Positions 19,463 through 29,914 of a stretch of DNA of 64,000 nucleotides are shown one piece after another; positions within the stretch are counted from its first letter, which is position 1; every line of letters starts with the position of its first letter. The stretch covers positions 3,040,001 through 3,104,000 of the forward strand of contig CBDFJF010000002.1 of NCBI GenBank assembly GCA_965248265.1, read 5' to 3'. This DNA comes from Candidatus Latescibacterota bacterium. GTDB taxonomy: Bacteria; Latescibacterota; UBA2968; UBA8231. The notes under the pieces are model-generated. The model was given only the letters and a program-made list of their open reading frames with translations. It did no database searches and had not been told where the DNA came from. The translations under genes were made by a program, and so were the position numbers.

Positions 19463-20938
19463 TCAGGCTTCTTGCCCCGCCTCCGTCACTGGTAGGCTAA
19501 CTGTCACCTCCGTACCTGTCCCCACTTCGCTTTCTATCCGGATCTCCCCATGATGATCCTGGATAATCTTGAAGTCACTGGATAGTCCAAACCCCATCTT
19601 CATCCGTCCATCACCGGTCTGGAAGTCAAAGTCGAAAATACGCTCCGGCTGTGCGGGTGGAATCCCTATACCTGTATCAGCGATACGGACATAGACCATG
19701 TCATCTGCCCTTGAGGTGCTGATCTCTATTTCTCCTGTTTCTTCGATGGCTTGAAGGGCATTCTTGAGGAGATGCATGAAGACCTGGTTCAACTGTCCGG
19801 GAGCGCAATACACTGGCTCGATATCACCGTAGTTCTTGGTCACGGCGACCTTCTCACTTATCTGGCTTTCCAGCAGCGTCAGCGCGCTATCGATCCCCTT
19901 GTGGATGTCCACGGTCTGAAACTCGGCTTCGTCCAATCGGGCGAAATTCTGCAAGCTGCCGAGGACAGTGCTCACTCGTTCGGTGCCGTTGGCTATCACC
20001 CGATTGGCATTGGCCACTACTTCGAGCATTGACTGTATGGTCCGATTGTCCTTGACAGCGGGAAACGTGGTCTCAAGCGTCTGTGTCAGTTTGTCTATGG
20101 CGCGCATCAGCGTGTCGTGCATGCTGCCGATGGCCCCCATCGGGGTGTTCATCTCGTGCGCCACGCCCGATACCAGATCGCCCAAAGAGGCCATTTTCTC
20201 CTGCATGACCAGTTGGTTCTGCGTTTCTCTGAGCAGGCGCAAGTTCTCTTCGAGCGCCCGGTTCTGTTCCTCCACGCGCCCAAAATCGAGATAGCGGACA
20301 TAACCCAGCGACAGGGCTTCCGTTAGCTCCTGAACGATAGTCACGTGTGCTTGCACCAATGTGGGTACCATAAAGCTGACGACGCCATGCTCGAACGGCA
20401 CATGGATAAAGATCCATTCGGCTCTTTCGGGTATCGGATAAGGCCGATCCAGGCCCCAGGAATCGCTCAGTGCCTTAAATCTCGATGCACAGTCTTCTCC
20501 GCTTGCCGCTGCAGATAATACCTCTCCTCGGCCCCAGGAATCGATGATTATTGGATCTCTTGGACTGGGCAATTCCACTTCTCCTACCGCGATCTCTTCA
20601 TTGAACTCAGACAAGTGGGGCGAAGTCCACGAGATGCCGAACTTTTTCGGGTTGTAGAGGGCGTAGTAGCGTCTTCTGACGTGAGCACCATCCTCTTCCT
20701 CCTCCACGAATCGAATGCTGTTGCTCACGCTATCAATGCCCAGATTCAACATCTCCTCCCACATCATTCCTACTACCTTCAATAGATCCTTACTGGAACG
20801 CATGGCCATCGCTTCGGCTCGCGTCCGCTCCACAGCCAACTGACGCTCGACACCAGACACATCGACCCTTGCGACCTTCTCGCGTAGGTCGTCCAGCTCT
20901 TCGATGAGCTGCTTCTTGGTCTTCTGCTCGTCTTTCAT
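19463..20938 (-). CDS. Cytoplasmic sensor histidine kinase
   Basis: EKMASLGDLVSGVAHEMNTP H-box, QLNQVF...NA N-box, DTGIGI and GFGLS. Confidence 0.9.
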   Translation of the reverse strand: MKDEQKTKKQLIEELDDLREKVARVDVSGVERQLAVERTRAEAMAMRSSKDLLKVVGMMWEEMLNLGIDSVSNSIRFVEEEEDGAHVRRRYYALYNPKKFGISWTSPHLSEFNEEIAVGEVELPSPRDPIIIDSWGRGEVLSAAASGEDCASRFKALSDSWGLDRPYPIPERAEWIFIHVPFEHGVVSFMVPTLVQAHVTIVQELTEALSLGYVRYLDFGRVEEQNRALEENLRLLRETQNQLVMQEKMASLGDLVSGVAHEMNTPMGAIGSMHDTLMRAIDKLTQTLETTFPAVKDNRTIQSMLEVVANANRVIANGTERVSTVLGSLQNFARLDEAEFQTVDIHKGIDSALTLLESQISEKVAVTKNYGDIEPVYCAPGQLNQVFMHLLKNALQAIEETGEIEISTSRADDMVYVRIADTGIGIPPAQPERIFDFDFQTGDGRMKMGFGLSSDFKIIQDHHGEIRIESEVGTGTEVTVSLPVTEAGQEA

Positions 20939-21394
20939 GGCATCCTCAGGAGGACACTATTTCTGGGACTGTACGGACATTCCAGGACGCCACCAAGTCG
21001 GGGCAGGTGCGTGCCCGTCGGAAACTTGGCCGGCACGCTGGCTCCTCCAGGGTCGGCGATCAAGGAACGTCAATTCGCTTGCCAAGTCCGGTTTTGCCTC
21101 ATTAGCATGAGTAAATACGCCACTACGCTGGCATACTCCCTAGTACAGCGTTATCGGTTATTAACGCCTGTTGATACGCAGTCAGAAATCTGTTCTAGCG
21201 GGCATCGGACTCTGTGACTGATGGTCGCACGAATTCTCACCTGACCGAGATGTGAACTCATTCAAAGTGATTCGCCCAGTACGAGAGGGCGAGACCTTTG
21301 CGTCTGGGCGAACCGGTGATGCAGGACCAGCTCGTGACTCACGTGCCGGTGCGTCTGAGGATCCGGCTGTCCATCAGACTGGCACGGTAAGGCG

Positions 21395-22402
21395 TTATGA
21401 GCTAATGCTCTTGAAATACTCGATCTCGCCATCCTCGGCCAAGTCGGCCACCTTGTCGATGAGCGCCTGCCGGTCCTGCTGGGTCAGCGCCACGAAATCC
21501 CGGGCGAGGCCGATCTTTTCGCGCATCAAATCCGCGTTCTCAGCCCCAGTAATCAGGACGCTCACGGGCAGCGACCACACAAAATGAAGGGCCTGGCGGA
21601 CGCTCACTCGGTCCGGGACGACGGGGTTGTCCGTTTCCCATTGGACCTTGTCCAGTTTAACCTTCTTCGGGAAGAAGCGGCCGTCTGCCAGCGTCTTCAT
21701 GGCCAAGAGCGCGATGTTGCGCGACTGCAGGATCGGGGCGACCTGTGCGATGAAGCTGTGGTAGCTGGGGTCGAGCAGATTCACCGGCATCTGGCAGGTA
21801 TCGAACATGTCGCTGTCGGCGCTCCGCTCCAGCATGCGCAAATGAGCCGCTGGGTTGCTATGCCCGGTAAACCCGATGAAACGCGCCTTGCCGGAAGCCT
21901 TGGCGCGCTCGAACACATCCAGGACACCTCCATCGATACGTCGGTCCACATCATCAGGGTCGCCAATCCCGTGCACCTGCCAGAGATCCAGATAGTCCGT
22001 GTTCAAACGCTTCAAGGACGCGTCGAGGTGCTGCTGGGCGGTATCGGCATCCTTGGCACCGGTTTTGGTCATAATGAAGACCTGTTTGCGGGCCTTTGGT
22101 ACCAAGTATTTGCCATAGCGCTGCTCGCTCCTGCCGTCCCCGTAGCCTTCCGCGGTATCGAAGAAGCGCACACCGCCGGCGAGCGCCGTTTCAATCACGG
22201 CTTCTGCATCCCGCTCGGTCGTCCAGCCGATGTGGTAGCCGCCAATCCCCAGCATCGTCACCGCGTCGCCGGTGCGGCCCAGCACACGTTTGGGCAGCAG
22301 CTGACCCAGTTTGTCCTGCGCCTGGCTGCCGCATCCGAAGGGAATCATAACGCCTGGAAGCGTGGCAAGCAGAGTCTTCAGAAAATCACGTCGTTCAATC
22401 AT
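21395..22402 (-). CDS. Aldo/keto reductase with Tat-like signal
   Basis: ERRDFLK, LGRTG, FFDTAEGYG, SLKRLNTDYLDLWQVH. Confidence 0.9.
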   Translation of the reverse strand: MIERRDFLKTLLATLPGVMIPFGCGSQAQDKLGQLLPKRVLGRTGDAVTMLGIGGYHIGWTTERDAEAVIETALAGGVRFFDTAEGYGDGRSEQRYGKYLVPKARKQVFIMTKTGAKDADTAQQHLDASLKRLNTDYLDLWQVHGIGDPDDVDRRIDGGVLDVFERAKASGKARFIGFTGHSNPAAHLRMLERSADSDMFDTCQMPVNLLDPSYHSFIAQVAPILQSRNIALLAMKTLADGRFFPKKVKLDKVQWETDNPVVPDRVSVRQALHFVWSLPVSVLITGAENADLMREKIGLARDFVALTQQDRQALIDKVADLAEDGEIEYFKSISS

Positions 22403-22510
22403 GACCCACCTCGACAATAGGCACTTCACCACCTCCATCGAGAGAAACAGTGGTAGTCCGGGGATATCTCAGTCTTAGGACAAGGTCGACCGAGGAGTGA
22501 CAGCAGGGGT

Positions 22511-22969
22511 TCATTCGGTAACATCGACCGATTCGGCGTTTCCAGATCCCTCCGTGTATAGCCATGCACCAACCAGCGCAGCGATAGGGACCTCGAAGAA
22601 GCCCCAGATCCACGTTACGACGACCAGCTTGGTCGGGAAGAGGCCTTGTACCAGGGTACTGCCAAAGCCGATGAGCCAAACCCAGAACCACACGGCCAGG
22701 CCGGCGCAGACTGCGGTCTTGGGGCCGGCGCCACATCGTGGACGAATAGCTGCATAGAGCCATATGGTCGAAATCCCGAGCACAAACCCCAGTATCAGGA
22801 ACCAGACGATGGCGCTGCCACCGACCATCGGGAGGCCAAGCGCCTCCATCGCGCTCTTCCAATCCTCACTGAGGATCGGCTCGTTGAGCAGAAACTCACC
22901 GATGTTTATGATGAGGCCCGCAAGCAGTCCTCCCGTCACTACGCGAGCATACGGATCGTCACTCTCCAT
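22511..22969 (-). CDS. Hypothetical four-TM membrane protein
   Basis: Hydrophobic helices with WLYAAIRPR-GAGPKTA and GAWLY motifs. Confidence 0.7.
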   Translation of the reverse strand: MESDDPYARVVTGGLLAGLIINIGEFLLNEPILSEDWKSAMEALGLPMVGGSAIVWFLILGFVLGISTIWLYAAIRPRCGAGPKTAVCAGLAVWFWVWLIGFGSTLVQGLFPTKLVVVTWIWGFFEVPIAALVGAWLYTEGSGNAESVDVTE

Positions 22970-23043
22970 TATATATACACAACGAGTCAGTAAGGACGTG
23001 CGGGGCCTGTTTGGCCGAATCACCAACCATGTGGAGCATTGCG

Positions 23044-23499
23044 ATGCAGCTGACGGATGATCACTACAGAGATTTCCTGGAACAGGGATATGTCGTCATT
23101 GAGAATTTCTATCCCGAAGAGAAACGCGCCCTCATAGCAACCACCCTGCGCAAGATTCTGCCGCCGTGGGAAGAAGTGAAGGACGACCCGCCTGACAACG
23201 TCCTGAACGACAACTTTCCGTACGAGGAACAACTGTTCAACCAGCTCATACTTGACCCTGAGCTGATCGGCTTCGTCCGGAGAGTCCTCGACACTGAGGA
23301 CGTTCACTTCCGCTACGCCCACAACTGGGCACGCTACCCCAAACCTGCTGTGAAGGAGCCACGCTTGCACTTCGACAACGGCAACAACTCGCTGTTGCCC
23401 GTGTGCGACGACATCCGCTACGGGCAAATCAGCTCCTGGTATTTCCCCGAGGCCGTGCCGGAGGACCACGCCCCACCGCAGGGAGCGACGGGCAGGTGA
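23044..23499 (+). pseudogene. Phytanoyl-CoA dioxygenase family, N-terminal fragment
   Basis: MQLTDDHYRDFLEQGYVVIENF, LHFD iron motif. Breaks off before the distal His. Confidence 0.7.
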
Positions 23500-23811
23500 G
23501 TGGGTGATGGTGCCCGATTGGGCCAGACTGGCAAAGGAGGCCGGGATGTCCACCACTCAGGTATACCGCATTCGGGACAGAGAAGTTGATCCGAGATTGG
23601 GAACTCTTTCCAAGCTTGCCACCGCCCTGGGTGCTCTGTCACGCGACATCATCACGGATGAACCCGAACAACCGCGGCCATAGCGAGATCAGCCAGCTAT
23701 CTGGGCGACGCGACTATCATCGCCGCGGCCGCATGTTGTAGCATCTTGATCCCACGCTGCATCCTGCCGCAGGCCTTCTTCAGGCGAGGCACGCTGGACA
23801 ATCTTTCACTA

Positions 23812-24967
23812 GTGCTCTGTTAAGAAATCGAGCTTGTATTTTGTCGTAAGTCGTGGTATCATGGATACATATGGTGAATCCTTCAGGAGGGTGATGCTAT
23901 GTGTCTCCATGCTCGTTCGCCGAACGCGGCGGAGTCTAAGGAACTGGGACGGTGGCTGAAACGGCCTCGCAACGCCGTGCAGATGCGCCGTGGGCAGTTG
24001 ATCTCGTTCAGCGCCCAGGGCATGCGCGTCCAGGAGATCTCGGATACACTGCATCTGCATGAGGAGTACGTTCGCCAGTTGATCCGCCAGTACAACGAAG
24101 GGGGATTGACGGTTTTGCGCACTCGGGCACGTCCGGGGCGTCCTTCGAAGTTGACGCCGGAAGACGAATCCGTGGTGGTGGAAATTGCCACGATGCCTCC
24201 TCGCGCGTTCGGCCAGCCGTTCAACCAGTGGTCGTTGCGCAAGCTGACTGACTGCCTGGTGGGACGGCAGATGATTCCCGAGGTTTCGCATGTGACCATC
24301 GGAAAAATCTTGGATCAACATAAGGTTACCTATCAACGCACGCGCACTTGGAAAGAATCAAAGGACCCGGAGTTTGTCTCTAAAAAAAACGCATCAACCG
24401 ACTCTACAAGCGGGCGCCGAAAGACACGGTCGTAGTCTGTTTCGACGAACTGGGACCAGTCCAGATCAAGCCGCATGCCGGTGCTTCCTGGGCCCCACAC
24501 AAGCGCCCGGTCCGGCATCGGGCAACCTATAGCCGCCACGGCGGCGTCAGCTATTTCTTTGGAGCCTATAACGTCCATGAGGACATCCTGTGGATGCATC
24601 ACAAACCCAAGAAACACGCGTCGGTCGTACTCGATTTCCTCAAGGCCATTCGGCTCCGCTATCGCACGGCGAAGCGGATCTATGTCGTCATGGATAATCT
24701 GTCGACGCACAAGACACCGCCGATCTTGCAGTGGTGCCGACGAAACCGGGTCTCGCCGGTCTTCACCGCCACCAACGCGTCATGGATGAATCGGCTCGAA
24801 TGTCACCTCACGGCAGCCCATTACTTCGTCATCAAAAACAGCGATCCCAACGATCATCGAGAAGTCGGCCAGCGCATGCAGGAGTACCTGAGGTGGCGAA
24901 ACAAGAACACCGACAACGCCAAGCTGGCCAAAGTCCAAAACTCAATGCCCACTCTTTAACAGAGCAC
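23812..24967 (+). mobile_element. IS630-family insertion sequence, copy 1 (1156 bp)
   Basis: TIR GTGCTCTGTTAA/TTAACAGAGCAC, TA duplication within a CTAG target, two-ORF DDE transposase. Confidence 0.93.
23899..24959 (+). CDS. IS630 transposase (-1 frameshift at A8, 24382-24389)
   Basis: AGGAGG RBS. HTH orfA with RPGRP and WSLRKL. The -1 frame carries CFDE, MDNLSTH and SWMNRLE. Confidence 0.9.
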
Positions 24968-25443
24968 TAGCGTATAGAATCGACCTGACCCTGCCGAGAA
25001 TCACGTTCTGCAGCTGACTTAAAATGCGCAGACAGACGCTGCCTTTCCGCCACTGGGAGAGAATCCACAAAGCGGCAGAGGCTGGTCGCCAGATTTCGTA
25101 TTTTCTCTCTTTTTTCAACCGGGTATGCGTTAAAGAGCGCCAAATACGGATGTTCGTCGACTGTGTTGCCGGCCGTCTTTTCCTGAGTTTCATCGTCCAG
25201 AAGATGGAGGTCTACGCCTGCCATTTTCATCAAATCCTCCATGGAGGCTTTTTCGAGCTGTTCGGGTGTCAGCTTCGGCGGCGTGTAGCCATCGAGGTAC
25301 TGCGAATCAATCTCGACACGGCGCAGTCTGGCGCGTACTTGAGTGATCAAACGAGCGCGCATCAACTGCTCGATCTCTTCAGGGTGTGCGGTTTGAGGGC
25401 GCTTTTTCGTTGTCATTTTTCTGTGTCCTTTCGTCTCGGCCAC
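24967..25443 (-). CDS. Hypothetical protein
   Basis: 158-aa ORF downstream of the STGP-motif gene. Its TAG stop is the IS target site. Confidence 0.5.
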   Translation of the reverse strand: MAETKGHRKMTTKKRPQTAHPEEIEQLMRARLITQVRARLRRVEIDSQYLDGYTPPKLTPEQLEKASMEDLMKMAGVDLHLLDDETQEKTAGNTVDEHPYLALFNAYPVEKREKIRNLATSLCRFVDSLPVAERQRLSAHFKSAAERDSRQGQVDSIR

Positions 25444-25473
25444 CGAAGTTGCGGCCTGGTAATTGAGCGTCTC

Positions 25474-26109
25474 TTATGACATCGGTTCGATCTGGCACGC
25501 ACGCAGTTCCCGTAGCTCCTTCATTGCCCGCAACGTGCGGTTGAGCATGGTGGTTTCGTAACGTGAGAGTTTGCTCAAAACATCGGCCCCCATGGCATCG
25601 GCAAGGAAGGCCTGGGCGGCATAGTCGATGTCGGCCTGTTTCGCGCGCAGCCGCGCTTTCTTCTGACCAATCGACCCTTCAGGAGGCGTTGATGAACCGG
25701 CCTGTTCGTCCAGGCGCTTCCGTATCCGTTCGTAGGCATACCAGGTCAAGATGCCTGCCTCAGCGCGGGAAAACCGACGGAGGCGCCACCAGCCATCGGC
25801 GATCAATTCGACAAGGCGATGCTGATCGGGACCACATGGCGCGTACTGCGTGAACGTCTCCCTTATGTGACGATCGAACTCAGCTGGATCTTCGTCTGGC
25901 AGAAGACCCAACGCCGCGCAGCCCCCGTGTTTGAGTGCGTTCTTGCTCGAGTTGGCCTTGCCTCCAGAACTCGTCGGCCCGGTGGATTTTTTTGCATTTG
26001 CTTTATTAGCCTCAGCCTGCTTGGCGGTAGTCATTTTATTTCTCGTTGTCATATGCGCGACGATAGGGGTTATGGGTGACCCGGAGGTCAACTCCGATGG
26101 TTGAGCCAC
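25474..26109 (-). CDS. Conserved hypothetical protein (NAxxSTGPxxxxGKxxSxxNAxKHG motif)
   Basis: KQAEANKANAKKSTGPTSSGGKANSSKNALKHG...WRLRR...LSRYE. True start is probably MTT. Confidence 0.75.
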   Translation of the reverse strand: MAQPSELTSGSPITPIVAHMTTRNKMTTAKQAEANKANAKKSTGPTSSGGKANSSKNALKHGGCAALGLLPDEDPAEFDRHIRETFTQYAPCGPDQHRLVELIADGWWRLRRFSRAEAGILTWYAYERIRKRLDEQAGSSTPPEGSIGQKKARLRAKQADIDYAAQAFLADAMGADVLSKLSRYETTMLNRTLRAMKELRELRACQIEPMS

Positions 26110-26399
26110 CCACTCGATGGATTACGATGTTTTCACGCTGAATCGAACGCCCTCATCTAACAAGGCCGGCGCGGAACCCTGGCCCCACGATCTCACAGAG
26201 ACAAAATTCTTACACGAAGCAAAGGTTCTTTGGTCGGACACGTATCTCTCCTGGCTTTTTCTCGAACGAAGCCTCCTCGGGCGCACGGCTACTCGCACCA
26301 CAGTCTCGATAATCAACGAAACCATGATTCAGATCTGATGTACGAGCCTGCAATTTTCTACTCTCTAGTCGAACATCAGGCCGCGACCAGCGGCTGATA

Positions 26400-26662
26400 T
26401 CACGGCGACGTTGATGCGGATGTTGAAGCAGTCGGGGTCGTGCTCGGTCTGCAGCTGGGTGTGGATCTGGTCGAGGAGGGCGAAGAGCTCGGTGCGCTCC
26501 TCGGGGGTTGTTTCAGACAGGCGGGGCACGTGGCGGTGTGGGATGATGAGGGTGTGGCCGGGGGAGACCGGGTAGGCGTCGCGGAGGGCGCAGGTAAGGG
26601 GGGTGGATTGGGGTGATGGTGGAAGGGGCTGGGTGGCAGAAGGGGCAATGTGGGTGAGGCAC
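26400..26662 (-). pseudogene. HIT-family hydrolase remnant
   Basis: CPFC, a frameshift, then RDAYPVSPGHTLIIPHRHV...FNIRIN. Truncated before the HxHxH triad. Confidence 0.7.
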
Positions 26663-26950
26663 CTGGCTGCAGGCAGGCCCCGGGGCTGTGGGCGTGGCGG
26701 TGCGATTGGATAAGCGGCTTGCCAGGGCTTCGCGCGAATCGGTAATTGAGAGAACGCAGGATCTGTCGGCTTCCGGCGTCTGCGGTCGTTAGCGTAATGC
26801 ATTCTCGCGGTTATATTTGCTGGCGGGGAGGTAAGGGAGGGTTGGGATAGCGCAGCGCGAAGGCAGACACCACGGTGGCCGCCCGCATCGCGGCCAAGTT
26901 TATCATCGTTACCTGGCACGGAACAGCACCGAACGCAAAAGGGGTGGGAG

Positions 26951-27181
26951 ATGGAGCTGCAAGAACGCATCGTAATCGATCCTGATGTGCTCGTCGGTAA
27001 ACCCGTCATCCGTGGGACCAGGCTCGCCGTGGAATTCGTAGTGGACCTGCTGGCGCACGGATGGGACGAGGCGCAGATCCTGGAGAATTACCCGGGGATA
27101 GTTAGAGAAGACATCCTGGCGTGCCTCGAATACGCAACCGAAGCCCTCAAATCAGAAAGAGTTTATCCCCTGGCGAAGTGA
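26951..27181 (+). CDS. DUF433 antitoxin
   Basis: RIVIDPDVLVGKPVIRGTRLAVEFVVDLLAHG...ILENYP...EDILACLEYA. Confidence 0.92.
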   Translation: MELQERIVIDPDVLVGKPVIRGTRLAVEFVVDLLAHGWDEAQILENYPGIVREDILACLEYATEALKSERVYPLAK

Positions 27182-27182
27182 T

Positions 27183-27533
27183 GTGAGAGTCCTGGCCAAC
27201 GAGAACGTACCCAAGGCTGCCGTCGACGAGCTGCGCAACAGAGGCCATGACGTCGTCTGGGCGCGCGCCGATATGGCCGGCGCAGAAGATGAGGTGGTGC
27301 TCGCAAGAGCCCAGGTTGAGCAACGACTGGTAGTTACGCTGGATAAGGACTTCGGTGAATTGGCTTTCCGTCGTGGCCTGCCCAGTCAGTGTGGTGTCGT
27401 CTTGTTTCGCATGACACTCGCTTCGCCGTTGGTCGTGGCACAGCGCATGGCGGACGCCATGGAAAGCCGATCAGACTGGACCGGATCCTTCTCGGTCGTT
27501 GAAGACGAGCGAGTAAGAATCAGGCCGCTTTAG
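27183..27533 (+). CDS. DUF5615 PIN-like toxin
   Basis: LANENVP...GHDV...DEVVLARA...VVTLDKDFGELAF. Coupled to the DUF433 gene. Confidence 0.9.
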   Translation: MRVLANENVPKAAVDELRNRGHDVVWARADMAGAEDEVVLARAQVEQRLVVTLDKDFGELAFRRGLPSQCGVVLFRMTLASPLVVAQRMADAMESRSDWTGSFSVVEDERVRIRPL

Positions 27534-27851
27534 AGCGGCCGACCATCCCCGGAGCCAGGCTGAAGAGCATGAATGACGTGGTGATGGATTCGTTTCTCAC
27601 GTTCTCTTAGTTCTTAACATATTGTTTTATAATAGGTTAGGACAATTATACGTCCAGCCCATGGCGAGCATGTGCCATTTTGCGAAACGAAGCCATTTCA
27701 GCGAGATCGGCGTGGTGATTCTGACCACCCGGGGGACCAATGGGGACCGGTCTGCGTCGCGACGGACCACGACGACTACGGGTGGTCTCGGCCAAAGAGC
27801 TCCGGCAGTCAGAAAAGCTTGGGGGACTTAGGGTTGGGAATCAGGAGCCGG

Positions 27852-27899
27852 TGATTTGTAATCGGGCGGTCCCCGGTTCGAGTCCGGGAGGCGGCTCCA
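27852..27899 (+). tRNA. tRNA-Thr(TGT) 3' half (island att remnant, not a complete gene)
   Basis: Anticodon loop TTTGTAA, T-arm CCCGG-TTCGAGT-CCGGG, acceptor strand AGGCGGC-T-CCA. No 5' acceptor strand or D-arm. Confidence 0.85.
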
Positions 27900-27959
27900 A
27901 TAAAAACAGGCACTTACGGAGTATACTGTAGGTGCCTGTTTCGTTGAAGACATCAATTT

Positions 27960-28286
27960 CGTCCATTCTTCGTCCACTCCGCAGCCGCTGTAGTGATGGC
28001 ACATGACCCGGGCACCGACCGGGGCCAGAGCTTCCGGCACGGCACTGCCGCGGGCGGCCACGACACCGCAGGGCTCGTGACCGGCAATGACCGGGCTGCC
28101 GTCGCCTCCCAGGCCGAGGGAGCGGGCGCCTCCGTCGCCATCGGTGGAAGCGCGATAGAAGATGAGATCGCTGACGCACATGCCAGAGGCCTTGATCTCC
28201 AGCACCACCTCGTGGGGTCCCGGTGTGGGATCCGGGAACTCCACGAATTGCAGCTTGCGATCGCCGAGGAAGACGACGCCCTTCAT
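27960..28286 (-). pseudogene. Zn-dependent alcohol dehydrogenase, N-terminal fragment
   Basis: MKGVVFLGDRK...ASGMCVSD...GHEPCG...HHYSGCG, cut off next to the att site. Confidence 0.8.
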
Positions 28287-28551
28287 AACGGACTCCTGAG
28301 TGAGTGATTGGTGTGCACGTCGGTGTGCCGCTAGTGCAACAAGCTACGCTCTGTGCAATCTTCTCGCACGGCTGCCCCTACCCGGGCAGGCAGGATCGAG
28401 CTGCGCCAACCGCACACCGTCGTCGAACCCTGACAGGAACCATGAGCGGGCATTGCCGATACTTTGTAAACGATGGACGAGTCGCCATCCACGTGAGTTA
28501 CCGGACGATCGGCCACAGCTGGCGACTTCACCGTCGCAGCCCTTACCCCTA

Positions 28552-29707
28552 GTGCTCTGTTAAGAAATCGAGCTTGTATTTTGTCGTAAGTCGTGGTATC
28601 ATGGATACATATGGTGAATCCTTCAGGAGGGTGATGCTATGTGTCTCCATGCTCGTTCGCCGAACGCGGCGGAGTCTAAGGAACTGGGACGGTGGCTGAA
28701 ACGGCCTCGCAACGCCGTGCAGATGCGCCGTGGGCAGTTGATCTCGTTCAGCGCCCAGGGCATGCGCGTCCAGGAGATCTCGGATACACTGCATCTGCAT
28801 GAGGAGTACGTTCGCCAGTTGATCCGCCAGTACAACGAAGGGGGATTGACGGTTTTGCGCACTCGGGCACGTCCGGGGCGTCCTTCGAAGTTGACGCCGG
28901 AAGACGAATCCGTGGTGGTGGAAATTGCCACGATGCCTCCTCGCGCGTTCGGCCAGCCGTTCAACCAGTGGTCGTTGCGCAAGCTGACTGACTGCCTGGT
29001 GGGACGGCAGATGATTCCCGAGGTTTCGCATGTGACCATCGGAAAAATCTTGGATCAACATAAGGTTACCTATCAACGCACGCGCACTTGGAAAGAATCA
29101 AAGGACCCGGAGTTTGTCTCTAAAAAAAACGCATCAACCGACTCTACAAGCGGGCGCCGAAAGACACGGTCGTAGTCTGTTTCGACGAACTGGGACCAGT
29201 CCAGATCAAGCCGCATGCCGGTGCTTCCTGGGCCCCACACAAGCGCCCGGTCCGGCATCGGGCAACCTATAGCCGCCACGGCGGCGTCAGCTATTTCTTT
29301 GGAGCCTATAACGTCCATGAGGACATCCTGTGGATGCATCACAAACCCAAGAAACACGCGTCGGTCGTACTCGATTTCCTCAAGGCCATTCGGCTCCGCT
29401 ATCGCACGGCGAAGCGGATCTATGTCGTCATGGATAATCTGTCGACGCACAAGACACCGCCGATCTTGCAGTGGTGCCGACGAAACCGGGTCTCGCCGGT
29501 CTTCACCGCCACCAACGCGTCATGGATGAATCGGCTCGAATGTCACCTCACGGCAGCCCATTACTTCGTCATCAAAAACAGCGATCCCAACGATCATCGA
29601 GAAGTCGGCCAGCGCATGCAGGAGTACCTGAGGTGGCGAAACAAGAACACCGACAACGCCAAGCTGGCCAAAGTCCAAAACTCAATGCCCACTCTTTAAC
29701 AGAGCAC
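28552..29707 (+). mobile_element. IS630-family insertion sequence, copy 2 (apparently identical to copy 1)
   Basis: Same TIRs and CTAG target. All translated ORFs identical at a +4740 offset. Confidence 0.93.
28639..29699 (+). CDS. IS630 transposase (-1 frameshift at A8, 29122-29129)
   Basis: As copy 1. Confidence 0.9.
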
Positions 29708-29914
29708 TAGTCGACGGTGAGCAGTCCGGGAGCGCGGCGTTGGCTTGCTTGCACAAAGATGCCCCATACCATGTTAGCATTGCTCCTACTCAGGCTCGGA
29801 CGTCAGGCAGACATGTCTGAAGTGACGTGATGCCCGCAGTGACGATCTGAGGCGCGGCCGAACTCGTCGGCACGAGACCCATACGAGTCCCAAACGATAC
29901 GAGAGCTACACAAC

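Noticed and set aside
27524-27545. GCCGCTTTAG as the missing 5' half of tRNA-Thr (split tRNA)
   Set aside because: It is the toxin's last codons (RPL*) and no D-arm follows.
27852-27899. Functional tRNA gene
   Set aside because: No 5' acceptor strand or D-arm, and the anticodon stem is unpaired on its 5' side.
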